A DNA stretch of 64,000 nt from Candidatus Limnocylindrales bacterium (GTDB lineage Bacteria > Chloroflexota > Limnocylindria > Limnocylindrales > CSP1-4), in assembly GCA_036392215.1 (NCBI GenBank), contig DASVYJ010000062.1:15361-79360 (forward strand), read 5' to 3'. Position numbers and translations under genes: made by a program. The notes beneath the pieces are model-generated. The model saw only the letters and a program-made list of their open reading frames with translations, had not been told where the DNA came from and searched no databases. This document shows, piece after piece, positions 38,344 through 46,975 of this stretch (positions are counted from its first letter, which is position 1; the number at the start of each line of letters is the position of its first letter).

Positions 38344-38889
38344 ATGACGAGTGTCCATCTGCTCCACCCGGGCTACGCCGCGGGCCGCGTCGGCAGCAGC
38401 GTGAGCCTCGTCCGGGACGGCGAGGCGCAGATCGTGGTCGACCCGGGCATGGTCGCCCGGCGCTCGCTCATCCTCGACCCGCTGGCCGCCCTCGGCGTCG
38501 CCCCGGAGGCGGTGACCCACGTCTTCCTCACCCACCACCACCCGGACCACGTCGTGAACGTCGCCCTATTCCCGGACGCCGAGGTCGTCGACTTCTGGGC
38601 CCGCTACCGCGGCGACGAGTGGCTCGACCACGACGGGGACGGGTACCGCCTCGCCCCGCACAGCCAGCTCTGGCTGACGCCGGGCCATACCGAGGAGGAC
38701 GCGACGCTGGTCGTCGAGGCGGAGGACGGGGTGTATGCGCTCACCCACCTCTGGTGGCGCGCCGACCGGAGTCCCGCCGTCGACCCGCTCGCCGCGGACC
38801 AGGCGGCCCTCGAGCGCGGCCGCGACCGCGTCCTCGCCGCCGCGGATGTCGTGATCCCGGGCCACGGACGCGCCTTCCGCGTCCGGTAG
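38344..38889 (+). CDS. MBL-fold metallo-hydrolase (small, 181 aa)
   Basis: HxHxDH motif in FLTHHHPDHVVN, then TPGHTEED and IPGHG. Confidence 0.8.
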   Translation: MTSVHLLHPGYAAGRVGSSVSLVRDGEAQIVVDPGMVARRSLILDPLAALGVAPEAVTHVFLTHHHPDHVVNVALFPDAEVVDFWARYRGDEWLDHDGDGYRLAPHSQLWLTPGHTEEDATLVVEAEDGVYALTHLWWRADRSPAVDPLAADQAALERGRDRVLAAADVVIPGHGRAFRVR

Positions 38890-39035
38890 GCAGGCGAGGG
38901 GCCGGCAGCGCGGCGAGGCACGCCCGCGGCGACGAACGCCCGCAGCCGAGTACCATCGGCGCCGTCCCATCCCGCCGACGGCCGCCCGCCGTCCGAGAGA
39001 CCGGGCCACGTCCCAGCCCGCGAAAGGACCACTCG

Positions 39036-39545
39036 ATGCGCCTCCTCGCCCGCTGGGCCGTCCGGCTGCTGGTCGGGTTCATCCTCTTCACCATCGGCGG
39101 CGCGCTCGTCGCCCTGAGTCGCCGCGAGCAGTCCGCGCGACCGGAGGATCCCGAGGCCGACGAGGTCGACCTCGCCGCGGTCATGGCTCCCCTCGCCTAC
39201 CGCAGCCACGCTCGTGCCTTCCGCGGCGGGAGGTGCCTCACCTGGTACGGCGGCGGGGTCATCGACCTGCGCGGGGCCACGCTCGACCCGGCGGGTGCCA
39301 CCGTTCGGGTGCGCTGCCTGTTCGGCGGGGGCCAGCTGGTCGTCCCGGAGGGCTGGGACGTCCGGCTCCGGGTGCTCCCCATCTTCGGGGGCTGCGCCGA
39401 CAGCCGCCCCCGGGTCGAGCGCGGTCCCGACGCGCCGCGGCTGACGATCGAGGGGCTGACAGTGTTCGGTGGCTTCGCCGTCATGTCCAGGCTCGACGCC
39501 GGCCAGGAGGAGTGGCTGCGGACCAACGCTCCGGCCGAGGCGTGA
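39036..39545 (+). CDS. Membrane-anchored protein with a LiaF-C-terminal-like (cell-wall-stress response) domain
   Basis: N-terminal TM helix (LLARWAVRLLVGFILFTIGGALVAL), then VIDLRGATL...VRCLFGGGQLVVPEGWDV...IFGG...TVFGGFAV, a pattern typical of LiaF-like beta-rich domains. ATG at 39036 with AAAGGA upstream. Confidence 0.55.
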   Translation: MRLLARWAVRLLVGFILFTIGGALVALSRREQSARPEDPEADEVDLAAVMAPLAYRSHARAFRGGRCLTWYGGGVIDLRGATLDPAGATVRVRCLFGGGQLVVPEGWDVRLRVLPIFGGCADSRPRVERGPDAPRLTIEGLTVFGGFAVMSRLDAGQEEWLRTNAPAEA

Positions 39546-39656
39546 GTTCCCGCCGCGATCACCGCGCAGAGCCAGGCGGCCGGGGCACCGCTCGGCCCGT
39601 GCGCCTCGTCCACGTCGCCGTTTGACACCCGGCGCCGGAACCCCGACGCTCCGCCC

Positions 39657-40994
39657 ATGGCCACCCCCCGCTCCTCCGACGCGACCCCGTCCCCTCCCTC
39701 GTCCTCGAGACCTGCCCCGCGTGCCGTCGACCTGCTGAAGGGCCTCGGCCTCTTCGTCGACGGCCCCGTCCTGTGGGGCCGGCCGATCCGGAGCGCCCGC
39801 CCCGGCGTCTTCATCATCGAGCTCGGCGAGTCACAGCCGCATCCGCCGGTCGACCCGAACCTCCTGCGAGCCTGGCTCGAGCGCGTCCCGGACCTCCGCC
39901 TGGACGGCGCCCGACCGACGGTCGGCGAGCTGCAGGGGCGGCTCGCCCGGCTGTGGCTGCCGGAGCAGACGGTGCTCTACGCCTGGTATAGCGCCAAGGC
40001 GGTCGGGGCACGGGTGGCGGCGATGCACCGCACGGTGCTCGGCGACCCGCGGCCGAACGCGTCCGGGCAGCTCCTCAAGACCCTCCGCAGCCACGACCAG
40101 CTGCGGGTCTGGTGGGCCGAGACGGACGCGCCGCAGGAGTACGCCGACGCCCTGCTGACGGCCTTCGCGGCGGCCGCGGACGCGGCTGCGGCGGCTCGCC
40201 TGTTCGATCCGTCCGTCGTCCTCCCCTTCGCCAACGACCGCGCCGCAGACCTGACGCCCCGGAAGACCGGGATCACCGGGGGGACCCTGCCGGCTGCCGA
40301 CGATCGGCCCCGTCCGGTCGGCCATGTGACGGTCGTCCCGCCCGAGCCCGAGCCGCCGCGGCGACCCGTCGCCGAGCAGAAGCCTCGACCGCGGCCACCC
40401 GTCCGCCCGATGCGCCCGGCACCGGTCCCGGCCGGTCGCGCCGCGCCTGCCTCCGCCGCACCGTCTGCCCTCACCGACCCCGAACCGAAGCGCCGCGCGA
40501 CGAAGACCGCGGCGGCCTCCTTCACACCCGTCCGCGAGCCCGTCTACCTCTCGGCCGAGGGGATCGAGGCCCTGCGCGCCGAGCTGCACGAGCTCGAGAC
40601 CGAACGCAGGCCACAGATCCTCAGCCGTCTCAAGGCAGCCCGCGAGCTCGGGGACCTGTCGGAGAACGCGGACTACGAGGCCGCCCGCCACGAGCAGTCG
40701 TTCAACGAGGGCCGCATCCAGACGCTGACGAGCCAGCTCGAGCGCGCCGTCGTCATCGACGCGACCGGCGGCGGCCACCTGGTCGCCCTCGGGTCGACCG
40801 TGGTCGTGGACTCCGACCGCGAGGGCGAGGAGACGTTCACCATCGTCGGCACGCTCGAGGCCGACGCCGCCGCTGGGCGGATCTCGAACAGCTCGCCGAT
40901 CGGCCGGGCCCTCGTCGGCCACCGCGCCGGCGAGACGGTGACGGTGAGCGTCCCCGCCGGCGCCGTGCACTACCGGATCCTCGAGGTCCGCTGA
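39657..40994 (+). CDS. greA: GreA-type transcript cleavage factor with a ~280-aa N-terminal extension (unknown globular domain plus Pro-rich linker)
   Basis: The C-terminal ~160 aa are canonical GreA (LSAEGIEALRAELHELE...GDLSENADYEAARHEQSFNEGRI...ISNSSPIGRALVGHRAGETV). The whole 445-aa frame has high GC3 and no stop. Confidence 0.75.
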   Translation: MATPRSSDATPSPPSSSRPAPRAVDLLKGLGLFVDGPVLWGRPIRSARPGVFIIELGESQPHPPVDPNLLRAWLERVPDLRLDGARPTVGELQGRLARLWLPEQTVLYAWYSAKAVGARVAAMHRTVLGDPRPNASGQLLKTLRSHDQLRVWWAETDAPQEYADALLTAFAAAADAAAAARLFDPSVVLPFANDRAADLTPRKTGITGGTLPAADDRPRPVGHVTVVPPEPEPPRRPVAEQKPRPRPPVRPMRPAPVPAGRAAPASAAPSALTDPEPKRRATKTAAASFTPVREPVYLSAEGIEALRAELHELETERRPQILSRLKAARELGDLSENADYEAARHEQSFNEGRIQTLTSQLERAVVIDATGGGHLVALGSTVVVDSDREGEETFTIVGTLEADAAAGRISNSSPIGRALVGHRAGETVTVSVPAGAVHYRILEVR

Positions 40995-41045
40995 TCGGGG
41001 GCGCCCGGCCGAGCCCGGGTGGCGTCGCCGCGACAGGAGGTCCCG

Positions 41046-41939
41046 ATGCTGAGCTTCGGCTCGATCCTGCCGAACTTCCGCGCCGGCGCGAGCGGCGAGG
41101 GGCTCGCCGCGGCGGCCGAGACCGCCGAACGCCTCGGCTGGGAGACGATCTGGACCACCGACCACGTCCTGGTCGACACGGCCTCGGCGGAGGAGTACGG
41201 CCGGATCTTCGAGGCCCTCACGACGCTCGCCTGGCTCGGCGCGCGTCATCCCGGGGTCCGGCTCGGGACGAGCGTCATCGTCGTCCCGCAGCGGAACGCG
41301 GTCGTCCTGGCCAAGGAGCTGGCCACCCTCGACGCACTCAGCGGCGGCCGGGTCATCGCCGGGGTCGGGGTCGGGTGGTCGGAGTCCGAGTTCCGCTCCC
41401 TCGGCGAGGCGGACCGGTTCCGGCGCCGCGGGACGTACCTCGACGAGACCATCGCGCTGTGGCGGCATCTCTGGTCCGGCTCGCAGGCGCCGTTCCGCGG
41501 CCGCTTCCACGAGCTCGAGGACTACGTCTTCGGCCCGCTGCCGGCGCAGGGCGCCGACCTGCCCATCTGGGTCGGCGGCCGCTCCGAGGCCGCCTACCGG
41601 CGGGCGGGCCGGGTCGGCGACGGCTATCACAGCAGCGCGGTCGGTCCGGGGGACTATGCCCCCCGCATCCCGGTCGTGCGGGCCGCGGCCGAGGCGGCGG
41701 GTCGGGCGCTGCCCATCCTGTCCGCCCGCGTCGCGGTCCATTTCGGAGAGCACCGCGGGTCGGGCTACCGCATCGCCGGCGATGCGGGCCGGATGCTCGA
41801 CGAGGTGCTCGCCTTCGCCGACCTGGGCGTGGAGCACCTCGCCGTCGGCTTCGACGCCCGCGAGCCCGCCGATGTCGCCGCCGCCATGGAGCGGTTCGAC
41901 CGGGAGGTGGTGCTCGCGTTCCGGGACCGCGAGCGGTGA
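41046..41939 (+). CDS. LLM-class F420-dependent oxidoreductase
   Basis: LGWETIWTTDHV...SGGRVIAGVGVGW. CAGGAGG lies upstream of the ATG at 41046. The stop overlaps the next start (GTGA). Confidence 0.8.
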   Translation: MLSFGSILPNFRAGASGEGLAAAAETAERLGWETIWTTDHVLVDTASAEEYGRIFEALTTLAWLGARHPGVRLGTSVIVVPQRNAVVLAKELATLDALSGGRVIAGVGVGWSESEFRSLGEADRFRRRGTYLDETIALWRHLWSGSQAPFRGRFHELEDYVFGPLPAQGADLPIWVGGRSEAAYRRAGRVGDGYHSSAVGPGDYAPRIPVVRAAAEAAGRALPILSARVAVHFGEHRGSGYRIAGDAGRMLDEVLAFADLGVEHLAVGFDAREPADVAAAMERFDREVVLAFRDRER

Positions 41940-43138
41940 GCCGGCGACTCTACCGCGGCGCGGCCCTGGCCGACGGCCGCACGCCGGAGCTCCGACTCGA
42001 CGTCAGCGTCCTGGTCGAGGACGGCCGGATCCGCTGGGTCCGGTCCACCGGCGACGAGGGGCCCGACGCGGGCGAGCCCGACGTCGAAGTCGTGGACGGC
42101 TCCGGCGCGACGATCGTGCCCGGGCTCGTCGACTGCCACGGCCACCTCGTCCTGCCCGGCGGCGCGCGCTGGATCGAGCGGGCGACCGACGCCCCGGAGC
42201 GACTCCTGGCGGCGGCAGAGCACAACGCTCGCCAGGCGACGGCTGCCGGCGTCCGCTGGATCCGCGACGTGGGGTCGCCGGTCCGGACCGATCCCCGCGA
42301 CGGCCGACAGCGGGCGCTCGGGCTCGGCGTGCGGGACCGCTGGCGGGGCCGCCCCGGCTATCCCTACATCCGGGCGGCGGGCTCCTGGGTGACCCGCCGC
42401 GGCTCGCTGCCGCCCGGTCTTGCCGTGGAGGCGGGGAACGCGGACGAGCTCCTGGCGGCCGCGCTCGGCCAGCTCGCCGACGGGGCGGACCTCGTGAAGC
42501 TCTACCTCGACGGCCCCGACCCGGCGACGTCGCCGTGGTCCGTGGACGAGGCGCGCCGCGTCGTGGCGGCGGTCCACGAGCGCGGGGCGAAGGTGACCGC
42601 CCACAGCGGCCGGCTCGACGGGGCGCGGGTGGGCGCCGCGGCCGGCGTGGACGCGATCGAGCACGGCTTCGAGCTCGACGCGGACGTCGCCGCGACGATG
42701 GCCGCCAACGGCACGTTCCTCGTCTCGACCCTCGCAGTGATGCACTCCTGGCGGACCTTCGGGCGGACGACGACGCTGCCGCGGTTCGCGACGGACGATG
42801 GGCGGGCGACCATCCTCCGCCGCCTGGAGACGGCCGAGGCGAGCGTGGCGACGGCCCGGGCGGCGGGCGTGCGGATCGCGACCGGGACGGACTTCGGGGG
42901 CGGCTCGACCCGGGCGAACCAGCTCGCCTGGGAGGTCGAGGCGCTCGCCCGGGCGGGCCTCGAGCCGTGGGAGGCGCTCGGCGCGGCGACCTGGCGCGGC
43001 GGCGAGCTGCTCGGGGAGCCGGACGCGGGCACGCTCCGCGAGGGCGGCCCGGCGGACTTGCTGCTCGTCCACGGCGACCCGCTCTCCGACCCTGCGGCCC
43101 TCTGGCGCGTGTGGCGGGTCGCCTGGGCCGAGGACTGA
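41936..43138 (+). CDS. Amidohydrolase family protein (metal-dependent, imidazolonepropionase-like)
   Basis: IVPGLVDCHGHL (HxH metal site)...VKLYLDG...VTAHS...IEHG...ATGTDFGG. GTG at 41936. Confidence 0.8.
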   Translation: MSRRLYRGAALADGRTPELRLDVSVLVEDGRIRWVRSTGDEGPDAGEPDVEVVDGSGATIVPGLVDCHGHLVLPGGARWIERATDAPERLLAAAEHNARQATAAGVRWIRDVGSPVRTDPRDGRQRALGLGVRDRWRGRPGYPYIRAAGSWVTRRGSLPPGLAVEAGNADELLAAALGQLADGADLVKLYLDGPDPATSPWSVDEARRVVAAVHERGAKVTAHSGRLDGARVGAAAGVDAIEHGFELDADVAATMAANGTFLVSTLAVMHSWRTFGRTTTLPRFATDDGRATILRRLETAEASVATARAAGVRIATGTDFGGGSTRANQLAWEVEALARAGLEPWEALGAATWRGGELLGEPDAGTLREGGPADLLLVHGDPLSDPAALWRVWRVAWAED

Positions 43139-44007
43139 GAGCCTGTGAACGGAAGATCCCGATCGGCCTGGCCGAATCGTGCCAGAGAATCTGTCACAGG
43201 CGTCCGGCAAGCTCCGGCTCATGGCAGCGATCATCGAGCTGAGCAACGCGGAATGGGCTCTCGTCGAGCACATCTTTGACCCGCACGGCCGTCGCGGTCG
43301 GCCCGCGCTCTACTCCCGGCGCGAGATCGTGGATGCGATCCTCTTCCTCGCCCGGACGGGCTGCCAGTGGCGGTATCTGCCGGCGAACTACCCGCGCTGG
43401 GAAGCCGTCTGGCAGCAGTGGCGGCGGTGGCGCGAGAACGGCGTCTGGGAGCGGGCGATGAAGCTCCTCGTCGTTGAGATCCGATCGCGCCACACCCGGA
43501 ACGCCGATCCCTCGATGGTGATGATTGACGGCCAGACCGTCCGGGGCGGCCGGGCGGGTCCGACGTTCCACAACGCCGGCGGTCGAGGCGGTCGGACGAT
43601 CGGGGCGAAGCGAACGATCGTCATCGAGATCCTCGGGCTTCCGCTCGCGGTTCGCGTGGATCCGGCCAAGCCGCATGATGTGAAGGTCGGCCGCCAGCTC
43701 CTCGCCGAGCGGTTGCCGACGCTGCCGCGTGTCCAGGCGATCGTGGCCGATCGCGGCTATCAGGGCCTCGCCAAGCTCGCCGCGAAGTCCAACGTGAAGC
43801 TCGACATCAAGCGGCCGCCAAAGGGCGCGGGCTTCGTCCCCCTCGCACCGCTCTACCGTGTCGAGCACGCGTTTGCCCGACTTGGCCGCTGGCGACGGCT
43901 CTCGCGTTGCTACGAGGGAACCGAGGCGAGCGCGAAGGCGTGGCTCGAAGTCGCGTGCCTCGCCTACCTCTTCGCCAGATTGCGAGCCGAGCCAACGTAG
44001 GCGTTGC
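43139..44007 (+). mobile_element. IS5-family insertion sequence (boundaries approximate)
   Basis: An intact transposase ORF fills the entire 869-bp space between two convergent host genes, and G+C is visibly lower here. No convincing terminal inverted repeats were found by eye. Confidence 0.55.
43221..44000 (+). CDS. IS5 family (IS4/5 DDE) transposase, single unframeshifted ORF
   Basis: The N-terminal LSNAEWALVEHIF...RREIVDAILFLARTGCQWRYLP is typical of the IS5 family. DDE candidates are IDGQTVR, ADRGY and VEHAFARLGRWRRL. Confidence 0.85.
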   Translation: MAAIIELSNAEWALVEHIFDPHGRRGRPALYSRREIVDAILFLARTGCQWRYLPANYPRWEAVWQQWRRWRENGVWERAMKLLVVEIRSRHTRNADPSMVMIDGQTVRGGRAGPTFHNAGGRGGRTIGAKRTIVIEILGLPLAVRVDPAKPHDVKVGRQLLAERLPTLPRVQAIVADRGYQGLAKLAAKSNVKLDIKRPPKGAGFVPLAPLYRVEHAFARLGRWRRLSRCYEGTEASAKAWLEVACLAYLFARLRAEPT

Positions 44008-44604
44008 TTAGGGCGTCGGGTTGGTGAACCCCCAGAGCAGGATCAGCGTGGATGGTGCGCTCGGGTTGTCGCAGCGCGGCACGAGGTTGTATTCGGGCGG
44101 CCCATCGAACGGCCCCGTGACGCTCCCACCGTCAGGCAGCTCTACGCGGACCCGGAGCGGCCCCGGCGTCTTGCCGCACCAGTTCGCCCAGTTGTAGGCA
44201 ACGCTCGCGGCGTCACGGACGCCGGGTGCGAGCGTTGCCGGCGGAACCGGATCAGGCTCCGGCCCGGTCGTGGTGACCGCAAGCGGCGAGCCATCGGCGA
44301 TGAGGAAGACCACGCTCTTCGGCTGCCCCATGAGACTGCACGGCGCAGGCCCAACGTTGGTGAAGTAGAGATCGGCGTGAGCCGTCCCGGTCCCGCCGGC
44401 CATTCGTCCGCCTCGAAGTTCGAGCGACGCCGCTGAACAGGCCGGCGGCGGCGATGCGACGGCGCTCGCCGATGCCTTGATCGCGCTCGTGCCAGTCGCG
44501 GACAGCGACGGGCTGATCGAGGCGGCAGGCGCGGCGGCGGAGCCGCAGCCAGCCAGTGCCATGCCCGCCAGCGCGACGCGGGCGATCTGCAACGCCCCTC
44601 GCAT
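44008..44604 (-). CDS. DUF4232-like lipoprotein
   Basis: Signal peptide with lipobox (ALAGMALAGC), then CSAASLELRGGRMAGGTGTAHADLYFTNVGPAPCSLMGQP, typical of DUF4232. AAGGAG lies upstream of the ATG at 44602-44604. Confidence 0.7.
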   Translation of the reverse strand: MRGALQIARVALAGMALAGCGSAAAPAASISPSLSATGTSAIKASASAVASPPPACSAASLELRGGRMAGGTGTAHADLYFTNVGPAPCSLMGQPKSVVFLIADGSPLAVTTTGPEPDPVPPATLAPGVRDAASVAYNWANWCGKTPGPLRVRVELPDGGSVTGPFDGPPEYNLVPRCDNPSAPSTLILLWGFTNPTP

Positions 44605-45179
44605 CGTGTCTCCTTGCCGATCCACGCCCTCGCCGCCGAGGGCAACGCGATTCACGACGCGGAAAGTGTGACCCCTGTGCCGGGCATCCGCCAGCATTTC
44701 ATTCACAGACTCTGAGCTGCGTCGCGGGGCCGGATCTTCGCCCGGCAAGCCGGCCATCTTCGCCGCCCGCGGCAGCCGACCTCGGCCGCTCATGCCCGGT
44801 AGGGATATCCGACGCCGGATCCGGTCGGGACCGCAGCCGAGCCGGCCCGCCCGACTGCCTGTCGGCGGTCTGAAGCTGGCCCGCGAGCGTCGGACCGCGG
44901 GTCGGCGGCGCGCCCACGAGGGCCAGCGGGCGCCCTCACGACCTCCGGCAGGCTGCGGCGGGACCGATCCCACCCAGGTCGTCGCCGGCGGCGTCGAGAG
45001 CGCAGCCCGTTGCCCTGGGAGGGCATATCCCCGTCCGGGCAGGGGCGTGGGAGCTAGCCTCGCCACCGTGGCCGCGGCGGCGATCGACGCGCGGCAGCAG
45101 CGCGAGCCGGAGCAGTCGGCGCCTCCGTGTCCGACCCGGCGCGACGTGAGCCGGCGTGACGTGAGCGCGGAGCGCCTGA

Positions 45180-45356
45180 CTACCAGGTGCCGAGCCGGCG
45201 GAGCCGCAGCCGGGCGCGCGGCCTCGGCTCCGAGGTGGATCGCTCGTCCATCTGTCGCGTGAGGCGGACCTGCTCGGCCAGCCGGGCCCGCTCGGCCTCG
45301 CGGTGCAACTCGGCCTCGTGCTGCCGGGCCAGCCAGAGCGCATCGAAGGGATGCAT
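45180..45356 (-). CDS. Small (58 aa) charged helical hypothetical protein
   Basis: MHPFDALWLARQHEAELHREAERARLAEQVRLTRQ... is preceded by a strong AAGGAG 7 nt upstream of the ATG at 45354-45356. It lies downstream of the two-component genes on the same strand. Confidence 0.45.
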   Translation of the reverse strand: MHPFDALWLARQHEAELHREAERARLAEQVRLTRQMDERSTSEPRPRARLRLRRLGTW

Positions 45357-45583
45357 GTCGGCTCCTTTCCCGCCCCCGGGCCCGTCGGGCCGGGGAACCG
45401 GGACGAGGATGCCGCCGAGCCCGGGTCCTGCCATCGGCCGAGCATCGCCCAGCACGGCGGCCCGGCGACGAGGCGGGAGGAGGCCGGGAAGCGAGGTCGG
45501 ACTCGGCCGGACGACCAGCCATATCGGGCGGGATGACGATGGGCGCGCCCAGCGCCGGGGGCGCGGCTCAGCCGTGCGAGGCG

Positions 45584-46246
45584 TCAGGCCGGCCGTGCCT
45601 CGACGAGCTTGTGCTCGACCGCCCAGAGCGCCGCCTGGGTCCTGCTCGCGAGGCCGAGCTTGCCCAGGATGTTGCTGACGTAGGTCCGCGCCGTGCGCTC
45701 CGTGATGAAGAGCGTCGTCGCGATCTCCTTGTTGCTCATGCCCTGGCCGAGCAGGCCCAGGACCTCCTTCTCGCGGTCCGTCAGCGGCTCGACACCCTCG
45801 TCACGCGAGCGCCGGTCGCGCATGCGCTGGGTGAGCAGGCGGGCGACGGCCGGATCGAGGTGGACCTCGCCGGCGTGGGCAGCCCGCACGGCGTCAACGA
45901 CCTCGTCCGCCTCGGCATCCTTGAGCAGGTAGCCGCTCGCCCCGGCCTCGAGCGCGGCGGTGACCTTCTCCTCCTCGAGGAAGCTGGTCATGGCGATGAT
46001 CTCGATCTCGGGCAGCTCCTGCTTGATCCGGGCGATGGCGGTGAGGCCGTCCATGTTCGGCATCAGCAGGTCCATCAGGATCACGTCGGGCCGGAGGCGC
46101 CGCGCGGCGGCGATCGCGGCGCTGCCATCATGGGCCTCCCCGACCACCTCGAGGTCGTCGAGCAGCTCGAAGAACGAGCGCAGGCCCATCCGGACCACGG
46201 CGTGATCGTCCACGAGCAGGATGCGGATGCGGCTCACAGCGTCCAC
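45584..46246 (-). CDS. Response regulator, NarL/FixJ (LuxR-type HTH) family
   Basis: REC domain (ILLVDDHAVVR...VILMDLLMPNMDG...YLLKD) plus a LuxR HTH (LTDREKEVLGLLGQGMSNKEIATTLFITERTARTYVSNILGKLG). The start is the GTG at 46244-46246 or at 46235-46237. Confidence 0.9.
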   Translation of the reverse strand: MDAVSRIRILLVDDHAVVRMGLRSFFELLDDLEVVGEAHDGSAAIAAARRLRPDVILMDLLMPNMDGLTAIARIKQELPEIEIIAMTSFLEEEKVTAALEAGASGYLLKDAEADEVVDAVRAAHAGEVHLDPAVARLLTQRMRDRRSRDEGVEPLTDREKEVLGLLGQGMSNKEIATTLFITERTARTYVSNILGKLGLASRTQAALWAVEHKLVEARPA

Positions 46247-46356
46247 AGGGCCTCCCCTGACCGTCCCCCCACGGTCCGTGGTCGCGGGTATCCACGCGCC
46301 TGGCGCGCGGGACGCGAGCGGCCATCGGGGCGAGTCTAGCAAAGCGGTGCGACGGG

Positions 46357-46824
46357 TCACCCCCGGGCCCCCCGGTCGCGGCCGAAGATCGCGTCCAGCA
46401 GAACGACGGGCTGGCCGTTCTTGGGGACGAACGTGTCGGCGCCGTGGGCGAGCGCCGGTGCCTCGACGGCGCCCGAGCAGCTCATGACGACGACCCGCAG
46501 CTCGGGGCGGTCGGCGCGGAGCCGGTCGACGAGGGTCAGGCCGAGCTCCACCTCGGGCAGGTCGGGATCGACCACGACGACGTCCGGCCCCGTCGCCCCG
46601 ACGGCGGCCACGGCCTCCTCCGCGGTCCCGACGCTCCCGACGACGAAGACGCCCGGAGCCAGGGCGACGAGCTCGGCGAGGTCGCGGCGGACACGGCGGT
46701 CGGCGTCGACGATGACCACCCGCAGGCCCACCCGCCCGCGCCGGGGCAGGCCTGCCCGGCCCGGCCCGGCCGAACCCGGCGGGGCAGGGTCCGGGAGGCC
46801 CGGTCGAGCGGCATCGAGCGACAT
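46357..46824 (-). CDS. Stand-alone receiver (CheY-like) domain protein
   Basis: LRVVIVDADRRVR...DVVVVDPDLPE...FVPKNG gives the REC Asp/Asp/Lys pattern, with no output domain. The start is uncertain (ATG 46822-46824 or 46882-46884). Confidence 0.7.
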   Translation of the reverse strand: MSLDAARPGLPDPAPPGSAGPGRAGLPRRGRVGLRVVIVDADRRVRRDLAELVALAPGVFVVGSVGTAEEAVAAVGATGPDVVVVDPDLPEVELGLTLVDRLRADRPELRVVVMSCSGAVEAPALAHGADTFVPKNGQPVVLLDAIFGRDRGARG

Positions 46825-46975
46825 GGCGGCAGGGTGCCCGCGTCGCGGTCGTCCGGGCAACGGCCCCTCGACGGTGGCGGCCATGGACGGATGACGATGC
46901 GGCTCCCGTCCGGCCGAGTCGTCCGCGCGCCTCCGTGCGGACGGGCGACGCTCGAGGGACCCCTCGCGAGGCGGA

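Noticed and set aside
40410-40412. Internal ATG as the start of a stand-alone, normal-length GreA
   Set aside because: There is no Shine-Dalgarno sequence upstream. The ATG lies inside the Pro-rich linker and would still leave a ~50-aa extension. The upstream 750 nt have clear coding-type GC3 bias in the same frame, so the fusion model is preferred but remains to be tested.
43139-43225. Terminal inverted repeats and target-site duplication of the IS5-family element
   Set aside because: Only weak matches exist between the two ends: GTGAAC as a direct repeat, AATCTG, and an internal 8-bp inverted repeat GCCTGTGA / TCACAGGC near 43140-43200. Nothing convincing enough to define the boundaries was found.
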